From Candidatus Heimdallarchaeota archaeon (GTDB lineage Archaea > Asgardarchaeota > Heimdallarchaeia > JABLTI01), in the NCBI GenBank assembly GCA_030614005.1, contig JAUWKS010000009.1, positions 30,001 to 62,000 on the forward strand: a stretch of 32,000 nt of DNA, read 5' to 3'. Numbering within the stretch: position 1 is the first letter of the stretch; the number at the start of each line of letters is the position of its first letter. This document shows, piece after piece, positions 25,125 through 32,000 of this stretch. Position numbers and translations under genes: made by a program. The notes beneath the pieces were generated by a model. That model saw only the letters and a list, made by a program, of their open reading frames with translations, was not told where the DNA came from and made no database searches.

Positions 25125-26018
25125 ATGTTCAGTCTTGCTAGTTTCTTAATTACTATGAGAGAAACAATTGAAGCGGCATTAATAATTGGTATTCTTTTAG
25201 CTTACGTTAAGAAAGTTGACCATAGAGAATTGCGTAGAGACATTTGGATTGGTACAGTATTAGCCATCCTAACTTCAATTGGTTCTGCTTTAATATTCTA
25301 TTTTGTTTTAGGAAGTTTTGAACAATATGAAGAAATCATAGAAGGCATTGCAATGATTTTAGCAGCCACAATCCTAACTTGGGTTATAATCTGGATGATG
25401 AGAACTAGTAAGGATATTAAAGGCAATCTTGAAAACAAAATAGAGATGACAATAAAAACAGAGCAAAGGTTTGGTTTAGTTTTTCTTGCATTTATTTCAG
25501 TTGTTCGAGAAGGCATTGAAACAGTCCTTTTTATGACAGGGGTGATTGCAACTGAAAGTGATACATTCACGATTATTTGGTCAAGTATGGCAGGCATAGC
25601 TGTTTCTATTGTTATTGCGGTGATTATTTTCTGGTCTGGACAGAATATCGGTTTAAAACAATTCTTTACTGTTACAAGCATCTTTTTGATAATTTTTGCC
25701 GGAGGGATGTTTGCTCACGGTTTACATGAACTTCAAGAAGTCGGTTGGTTTGGTTCTGAGAGCTTTTTCTTCCAACAAACTGTTTGGGATACCAGCCACA
25801 TACTAAATGATAGCACCTCTGAGATTGGAAAATTCTTTAGAGCATTGGTAGGTTATCAAGATAAACCAACTTGGTTAGAGCTTATATCCTATGTAACTTA
25901 TATGATTGGAGTAATTACCGCCGTTTTACTAATTGTCTTCTCAAAGGGAAAAATCATCCAAGATGTTCCTATAGAAAATCAAATTGAAGAAATTAAAGAT
26001 GAGATCACACTTCAGTAA
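25125..26018 (+). CDS. FTR1/EfeU family iron permease
   Basis: Two RExxE motifs (RETIEA, REGIET), about 7 TM segments and HELQE. Confidence 0.92.
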   Translation: MFSLASFLITMRETIEAALIIGILLAYVKKVDHRELRRDIWIGTVLAILTSIGSALIFYFVLGSFEQYEEIIEGIAMILAATILTWVIIWMMRTSKDIKGNLENKIEMTIKTEQRFGLVFLAFISVVREGIETVLFMTGVIATESDTFTIIWSSMAGIAVSIVIAVIIFWSGQNIGLKQFFTVTSIFLIIFAGGMFAHGLHELQEVGWFGSESFFFQQTVWDTSHILNDSTSEIGKFFRALVGYQDKPTWLELISYVTYMIGVITAVLLIVFSKGKIIQDVPIENQIEEIKDEITLQ

Positions 26019-26042
26019 TTACAATTGAAGAAGAAACAAGTA

Positions 26043-27503
26043 CTAGCTTTCTCTTTCACATAATCCTTGAGACGGTGGAGATTTAATTGGATAATTCCCA
26101 GTAAGACAAGCTAAGCAGAGATTATTATTGTCAGGCCAGAGATCGAAACCAATTGAATTAACCAATAATGGGACTGTGTTGTAGATTATAGCATCTACAC
26201 CAACTAGTTCAGCTATTGCCTCATCAGTTCGTCCACAAGCAATTAATTCTCGTTCTGTTGGAAAATCAGTACCCATAAAACATGGGTGGATTAATTTAGG
26301 GCAACTGATTGCGAAATAAACTTTTTCTGCTCCAGCATCACGAATCATTTTAATGATTCCTTTTGATGTCGTACCTCTTACAATTGAATCATCAACTAGA
26401 ACCACTTTCTTGCCTTTGACAAGATTCGACATTACATTCAGTTTTAGCTTCACTGCTTCCTCACGGGCAGCTTGTCTTGGCATAATAAACGTTCTTCCAA
26501 CATAACGATTTCTAATTAGTGCTTCAGAATATTCTATCTCTGTTTCTTTGGAGAAACCTATGGCTGCAATTCTACCTGAATCGGGTATCGGTACTACGAG
26601 ATCTGCTTCGTACCCTCTTTCTTTGAATAATTTTCCTAGAGCACGACCGATTTTTTCTCTCGCTTCATAGGTTGATACGCCATCTATTACTGCGTCAGGT
26701 CGAGCAAAGTAAACCCATTCAAACATGCAATGGGCAATTTTCTCCTTTTTAATTAGTCGTTTATGTTTAATGCTTTTTTCATTGACAATAAGCATTTCAC
26801 CTGGTTTGATATCACCTTCAGATTTTGCCCCGACAATAGTTAGCCCTATCGTTTCTGAAGCGATAACAAAATCTCCCTCGCGTGTTTTTCCATAACACAT
26901 AGGTTTGAATCCTAGTGGATCTCTTAATGCAATCAGTTCCCCTCTGCTTGTTGTGATGAGAATTGAATAGGCACCATCTAGGTTTTCGATAAGTAATTTA
27001 CAAGCTTTAGCCATATCGCCTTTTTCTTGTTCTAAACCGAAATCAAGGAGTTTGCCAATTACTTCCGTATCTGTGTCATGACTAAAACGATAACCTTCTT
27101 CCATAAGAAAATCTCGAACTTGTTCATAATTAGCAATTGTACCATTGAAGGCAATTGCAATCTTCATCGTTCTAGTTTGCATAACAAAAGGTTGAATACC
27201 TATTGTTAAATCAACACCTGCTGTTGGATAGCGAACATGCCCGATGCCAAATTTACCTTTTAAGGATGCAAGTATTGTTTTATCAAAAATATCTTTTACA
27301 AAACCAAGATCAGAAATTGTTCGCATATTTTTCTTATTGACTATCGTAATTCCAGCACTAGATTGTCCTCTATGCTGCAAAGCTAACAACCCTTGATACA
27401 GCAAGAAACCTAAATCGTTGATACGTTTCGTGGTTCTTATTCCAATAATTCCACAATGTTCTCTAGGTTTGTCAATTTCCAAGCAAGCATCCTCAAGCGA
27501 CAT
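26043..27503 (-). CDS. purF: Amidophosphoribosyltransferase
   Basis: Propeptide followed by CGIIG, QHRGQ, GHVRY, PRPP loop VDDSIVRGTT, and four Cys (HCMFE, PCFMG, CLAC) as in the Fe-S type PurF. Confidence 0.97.
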   Translation of the reverse strand: MSLEDACLEIDKPREHCGIIGIRTTKRINDLGFLLYQGLLALQHRGQSSAGITIVNKKNMRTISDLGFVKDIFDKTILASLKGKFGIGHVRYPTAGVDLTIGIQPFVMQTRTMKIAIAFNGTIANYEQVRDFLMEEGYRFSHDTDTEVIGKLLDFGLEQEKGDMAKACKLLIENLDGAYSILITTSRGELIALRDPLGFKPMCYGKTREGDFVIASETIGLTIVGAKSEGDIKPGEMLIVNEKSIKHKRLIKKEKIAHCMFEWVYFARPDAVIDGVSTYEAREKIGRALGKLFKERGYEADLVVPIPDSGRIAAIGFSKETEIEYSEALIRNRYVGRTFIMPRQAAREEAVKLKLNVMSNLVKGKKVVLVDDSIVRGTTSKGIIKMIRDAGAEKVYFAISCPKLIHPCFMGTDFPTERELIACGRTDEAIAELVGVDAIIYNTVPLLVNSIGFDLWPDNNNLCLACLTGNYPIKSPPSQGLCERES

Positions 27504-27569
27504 TTTCCTCTATGGTTTTAAAATTTTTAGATTAACCATCAAATGAAAAAATAAATTATGAAGGAGAAT

Positions 27570-29819
27570 TCATTTCTGAATTTTGCCTTCCATTTCTTCT
27601 TCCATTCTAAATTTCCACTTTTGTTTGATTTCTTCAAGTGGTAATTCTATAATATTAGTATCATTACCGTTGCTTATTAGTAGTTTCTTGTCTTCTGTTA
27701 CTGTTCCAATCAAAGTAGCAGGGATTTGGTGTTGGGCAAATTGAGCAACAACCTTTCCAAGATTTTCGTTAATCACAGTTACTAGGAATCTTCCGTGTGT
27801 TTCAGAGAATAGCCTGATATCTACTCGCTCCGTGTCAGCAGGCATTCGATGGATATCTATGTTATATCCTAAATTGCTTGCCATTGCCATTTCAGTTAAA
27901 GTAACAAACAGTCCACCTTTTGATAGATCATGTGAAGCAGTAACTAGCTCAGAATTGATGATAGATACCATATCTGCCAAAGTGTTCTTAGCTGTCGTAA
28001 AATCGACTTTTGGAACTTGACCGTTTTCTGTTTGATGAATAACTCGAGTATATTCTGATCCACCAATTTCTGTTCTGGTTTCGCCAATTAGTATTATGTG
28101 TTGTTTTGGTGCTTTGAATTTATTATTCATTGCTTTAGAGACATCATCTATTAGTCCTGCTGCGAATATTACTGGCGAAGGTTTCACTGCAACATTATTT
28201 ACCTGATCGTGATTGTAGAAACTAACATTTCCACCGACACAGGGAATATCAAGTGCTTTTGCTGCGTCTGCTATTCCTTCCACAACTTTTTCAAACGTCC
28301 AGAAAACTTTAGGATGCTCAGGATTACCAAAATTCAAGCAATCAGTGAATGCTATAGGTTCTGCACCAACTGCAGCTACATTACTACATGCTTCCATTAA
28401 TACTCCTGCTCCACCGTTATACGGATCAAGATAACAATGATGTGAATTACCATCGAAAGTTGCTGCGATACCTTTCTTTGAACCAAATTCGGTTAGTCGG
28501 AAAACGCCTCCATCACCTTGTCCTGACTTTATTGTTGAGTAAAGACCCACTTCAGTATCATATTGGCGATAGACCCATTCTCTACTTATAATATTGTCAC
28601 TAGCCATTATTTTTCGGCAAATATCATTTAGCTCCTTAGTTTCTGGTTCTTTTGGCAACCATTTTCTATCGAGCTTATCAAGGTAGTCTGGATATTCTGC
28701 AGTTCTATTTGCTGCGGGAGGTTTAGTAAGAAGGTGTGCTGGCAAGTCAACAATTGGTTTCCCTTTGTGGTTGACAACACATTTTCCACTGTCGGTTACT
28801 ACACCTAAATCTTCGTAAGGAAGTTCATATTTCGCAAATATTGCACCTATTTTTGAAACATTTTCTGGTTTAACAACAAAGAACATCCTTTCTTGTGATT
28901 CACTAACAAGTATTTCCCAAGGCTCCATATCATCTTCACGAATTCGTATTTTCTCCAAATCGATTTCTGTTCCCGTTCCACCTGCATCTGCAGTTTCAGA
29001 GATAGAACAAGTTACTCCTGCTGCCCCCAAATCTTTTAGCCCTTCAACGACACCAGATTTTATTGCTTCAAGAGTTGCTTCAATAATCAACTTCTTCATA
29101 TATGGATCGCCAATTTGCACTGCTCCTCTGTCGCTTTCAGATTCTTCTGTAATATCTTTAGATGCAAATGATGCTCCACCGATACCATCTCTTCCTGTAG
29201 ACCCACCAAGTAGAATCAATCTATCTCCAGGTGTTGTTGCTGTACTCAATGCCAATTCATCTTTTCGCATTATGCCAAAACAACCAACGTTGATTAAGCA
29301 ATTTATTTGGAATGAAGGATCAAATTCGATTTCTCCACCGGCATTAGCAATACCAACACAATTTCCGTACCCACCTACTCCTTTAGTTACATGCTTAAGT
29401 AACCATTTTGTGTGGGGATCAGATAATTTGCCAAATCGGAAGCTATCTAGTAGACCTATTGGTCTCGCCCCCATACAGAGAATATCACGAATAATGCCAC
29501 CAACGCCCGTAGCTGCGCCATTGTAGGGATCAAGAGCTGAAGGATGATTATGCGATTCTAGTTTAAACACTAACGCTAATCCATCACCAATATCTACAAC
29601 ACCCGCATCTTCACCTGGACCACAAATTACTCTTGGGCCTTCGGTAGGTAGCAATGGGAGAATAGGACGACTGCTTTTGTAAGAACAATGTTCCGAGTTC
29701 ATTACTTCAAGCATAGCTGCTTCTGGTAAAGTTAAATCTCGTTGGAGCACTTTGAAAACAGCTGCTTTCTCTTCTGCGGTTAAGTTAATTTCATCTTGTT
29801 GTATTGTTTCTTGTGCCAA
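27570..29819 (-). CDS. purL: FGAM synthase subunit PurL (small type)
   Basis: SEHCSYKS, GPGEDAG, ESHNHPS, GAATGVGGIIRD, GRDGIGGA, DLGAAG, SESQERM, GGNVSFYN and HDLSKGG. Confidence 0.97.
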   Translation of the reverse strand: MAQETIQQDEINLTAEEKAAVFKVLQRDLTLPEAAMLEVMNSEHCSYKSSRPILPLLPTEGPRVICGPGEDAGVVDIGDGLALVFKLESHNHPSALDPYNGAATGVGGIIRDILCMGARPIGLLDSFRFGKLSDPHTKWLLKHVTKGVGGYGNCVGIANAGGEIEFDPSFQINCLINVGCFGIMRKDELALSTATTPGDRLILLGGSTGRDGIGGASFASKDITEESESDRGAVQIGDPYMKKLIIEATLEAIKSGVVEGLKDLGAAGVTCSISETADAGGTGTEIDLEKIRIREDDMEPWEILVSESQERMFFVVKPENVSKIGAIFAKYELPYEDLGVVTDSGKCVVNHKGKPIVDLPAHLLTKPPAANRTAEYPDYLDKLDRKWLPKEPETKELNDICRKIMASDNIISREWVYRQYDTEVGLYSTIKSGQGDGGVFRLTEFGSKKGIAATFDGNSHHCYLDPYNGGAGVLMEACSNVAAVGAEPIAFTDCLNFGNPEHPKVFWTFEKVVEGIADAAKALDIPCVGGNVSFYNHDQVNNVAVKPSPVIFAAGLIDDVSKAMNNKFKAPKQHIILIGETRTEIGGSEYTRVIHQTENGQVPKVDFTTAKNTLADMVSIINSELVTASHDLSKGGLFVTLTEMAMASNLGYNIDIHRMPADTERVDIRLFSETHGRFLVTVINENLGKVVAQFAQHQIPATLIGTVTEDKKLLISNGNDTNIIELPLEEIKQKWKFRMEEEMEGKIQK

Positions 29820-29821
29820 AA

Positions 29822-30538
29822 TTAGCTCCTCCTCAAGAATTTCTCAATGGATTGAAAATAGAACTTGCCATCTTCAGTTTCCCATGGACTCAGTGTGCTT
29901 TCTGCTGCTCTTTCAGGATGAGGCATTAATCCTACGACATTGCCTTCAAGGTTACAGATACCAGCGATGTTTTCTATTGAACCATTTGGATTTGCTTCTT
30001 TTGTTAGCTCTCCGGTTTCAGTAGTATATCGCCACACGATTTGGTCGTTTTCGTTTAAATCTTTCAATCCCTTTTTATCCAAAAAATATCGGCCTTCACC
30101 GTGAGCAATTGGGACTTTCCAGACATCTCCTTTCTTTGCTATATTCGTTGCTGCACTCCTTTCAGTCTCAACTCGTAGATTTGTCCATTTGCAACTGAAA
30201 CGTAACGTCTCATTACCAATGAGAGCTCCTGGTAGAAGTTCTGATTCAACAAGTATCTGAAAACCGTTACAGATGCCTAAAACCGGCACGCCTTCTTTAG
30301 CACGTTCCTTTACTTTACCCATAACTGGTGTGAAGGCAGCAATGATTCCTGCACGCAAATGGTCTCCATATGTGAATCCACCTGGGAGGAAGATTGCATC
30401 ATATTTTTCCAAATTCTTCATTGCTTTTTCGTGCCATAAGAAATCAACATCCCATTCCATCACATTTCTCATTGCATTTACAAGGTCTCTGTCACAAGTA
30501 GAGCCTGAGAATTGGATTACTACAACATTCATTGGCAT
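29822..30538 (-). CDS. purQ: FGAM synthase glutaminase subunit PurQ
   Basis: PGGFTYGD.LRAG, GICNGFQIL, IAHGEG, NPNGS and MPHPER. Confidence 0.97.
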   Translation of the reverse strand: MPMNVVVIQFSGSTCDRDLVNAMRNVMEWDVDFLWHEKAMKNLEKYDAIFLPGGFTYGDHLRAGIIAAFTPVMGKVKERAKEGVPVLGICNGFQILVESELLPGALIGNETLRFSCKWTNLRVETERSAATNIAKKGDVWKVPIAHGEGRYFLDKKGLKDLNENDQIVWRYTTETGELTKEANPNGSIENIAGICNLEGNVVGLMPHPERAAESTLSPWETEDGKFYFQSIEKFLRRS

Positions 30539-30566
30539 AAATTTTTCACCACATATTTTACAAACA

Positions 30567-30824
30567 TCATTTTACTAATTTAATGACACACATGTGAGCT
30601 ACTGGATTGTAGATTCGAAGTTCATTTACCATCTTTAAGCAAATTTCTTCTGCTGCATTCTCATCTTTAGCTTCTAAATTTACCTTCAAAATCTTGCCAC
30701 TGCGAACAGATTCGACCATATCATAACCATGCTTAATCATAAGATCACGCATGATCGTTTCACCCTCGGGGTCTCGGGCATTCTTTTTCCCCTCAATAAT
30801 TATTTCAACAGAAAATTTGGGCAT
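30567..30824 (-). CDS. purS: FGAM synthase subunit PurS
   Basis: RDPEGETI, VRSGK and L..NPV. About 85 aa, directly upstream of purQ-purL. ATG 30824 preferred. Confidence 0.92.
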   Translation of the reverse strand: MPKFSVEIIIEGKKNARDPEGETIMRDLMIKHGYDMVESVRSGKILKVNLEAKDENAAEEICLKMVNELRIYNPVAHMCVIKLVK

Positions 30825-30960
30825 AATATGACTTACCACCTAGATCTACTATGAAATGGACTTATGTTCCCAAAGATGGGTTTAGGTTTTAAATCTTCTT
30901 TTGATGATGTTATGAAAAAAAGCCTATAGTTGAAAAAGAAAAAGGAATGGTTGAAAGAGA

Positions 30961-31998
30961 TTAGTTCTCTTTCGGTTTAACGTAGATTCCTGCGTCAGAC
31001 ATGACGTAAATTAGAGCATCTTTCTTATCCTTCAAAAATTCTGCAAGATAATTTCTCAAAGTTTCTTGAACAGAGACCTTTATTTCTACACCATTGATTC
31101 TGAAAATATCTTTGAGTTCTTTATGATCCATTTCAGTGATCATATCAATTTGATTATCTTTCAATATTCGAAGAAGGTCCACTGGTTTTTGATTGCCAAT
31201 TTTGAACGTTTCTTCACTACATTTATTCGCAACTACCCAAGTAAGCGCTTCATCAAGATCTTTATCCTTGATTAAAATCATAGTGTCATGATAGGCTTGA
31301 TTTCCTACACCATCTTGAGCTCTCGCAAGGAGAAGAATCTTACCACCTTTTTTGGTTGCATTCCAAGCAGCATGCATTCCTTTGCCTGCTTGATATAGAT
31401 TCAAACCTAACTCGCCTGTTGTGATAATAACTAGATCTGCTCCTTTTTCAACTTCTATTACTCGCAAAGGTTTGAGTAAATCTCTTGCAAGATTGTGCAT
31501 AGAGATAATATCGCCAGCATTTAGTAGAACAATTTTCTTTTCGTTAAGGATTGCATCAATACAGAAAACTGTTTTAGTCTTTTTGACAAATTCAACCATT
31601 TCTATCATATCTTGAATAACTGGATTGCCCTCTGTATTTCCTAACCTACATTCTGCTTTAAAACCAGTTTCTTTTGAAAATGCTTTTGGATGGTTTCTGC
31701 TAATAGTTTTTCTCCCAGAAATTCCTGGAAAGATTTGTTTTACTGTTCCTGCTATACCGGCAAAATAGTGATATTCAGAATCTGTCATCGCGATGACGAG
31801 ACAAGCTTCAAGGGCTAATTTACTTAAGAAAATTGGTGTGTTTCGTGATGATGTGCCAATTTGAGTTACCCCTTCATCACAATTGTGACTGACAACGTGA
31901 TTCTTGTATTTCTCCCATATTTCTGGACCAAGAACGTTGTTCTTAATTTCCTCTCCTGTTCCAGGACGGTGTGTACCGCTTGCAATAAGTATGTGCAA
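30961..31998 (-). CDS. LarA-superfamily (lactate racemase-like, nickel-pincer-dependent) protein, 5'-partial
   Basis: ASGTHR, SHNCD, EYHYFAGIAGTVKQIFPG, RNH and NLYQAGKG match LarA-family His/Lys positions. The frame runs off the window edge. Confidence 0.85.
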   Translation of the reverse strand: MHILIASGTHRPGTGEEIKNNVLGPEIWEKYKNHVVSHNCDEGVTQIGTSSRNTPIFLSKLALEACLVIAMTDSEYHYFAGIAGTVKQIFPGISGRKTISRNHPKAFSKETGFKAECRLGNTEGNPVIQDMIEMVEFVKKTKTVFCIDAILNEKKIVLLNAGDIISMHNLARDLLKPLRVIEVEKGADLVIITTGELGLNLYQAGKGMHAAWNATKKGGKILLLARAQDGVGNQAYHDTMILIKDKDLDEALTWVVANKCSEETFKIGNQKPVDLLRILKDNQIDMITEMDHKELKDIFRINGVEIKVSVQETLRNYLAEFLKDKKDALIYVMSDAGIYVKPKEN

Positions 31999-32000
31999 AT

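Noticed and set aside
4341-31615. Numerous 60-140 aa ORFs nested within or antisense to the long genes (e.g. 5566..5994, 8641..8958, 19591..19956, 25298..25681)
   Set aside because: Fully overlapped by well-supported conserved CDSs and without motifs of their own.
1-32000. CRISPR arrays, tRNA/rRNA genes, IS elements, integrases, Sec/Pyl read-through or programmed frameshifts
   Set aside because: No repeat-spacer periodicity, no GC-rich cloverleaf or rRNA-like segments, no transposase motifs or terminal repeats, and all recognised genes are intact at expected lengths.

Overview
AT-rich archaeal chromosomal window. The archaeal call rests on a tandem purP pair, an AbrB-PhoU regulator, a COG4030-type HAD and GGTGA ribosome-binding sites. 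An Asgard/Heimdallarchaeia origin is plausible but only a guess from style. The first ~12 kb is a phosphate-acquisition island: pstB-pstB-phoU-pstS, a divergent AbrB-PhoU regulator, pstS-pstC-pstA, and a convergent DUF47-PiT-DUF47-like operon. The remaining ~20 kb is a dispersed de novo purine cluster (purP, purP-like, purE, purD, purF, purL, purQ, purS). It is interleaved with a FetAB/STAR1-ALS3-type ABC pair, an uncharacterised 6-TM protein, a PfkB kinase, two MFS transporters (one OFA family), a COG4030 HAD and an FTR1 iron permease. A partial S9 peptidase and a partial LarA-family gene lie at the edges. No rRNA, tRNA, CRISPR array or mobile element was recognised. Best leads: (1) an exact 11-bp motif TTCTCTCTATA plus helically phased CTAT repeats upstream of all three pst transcription units, a candidate archaeal Pho box for the AbrB-PhoU protein; (2) an unannotated 49-codon Trp/Cys-rich ORF or structured RNA ending in a terminator, between the divergent PiT operon and purP; (3) accessory genes in the pur cluster that could supply formate or manage AICAR/nucleoside pools; (4) a membrane protein with Vps62/NPP1-like motifs split by a 4-TM insertion. 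All functional calls come from motif recognition by eye; no database searches were run.
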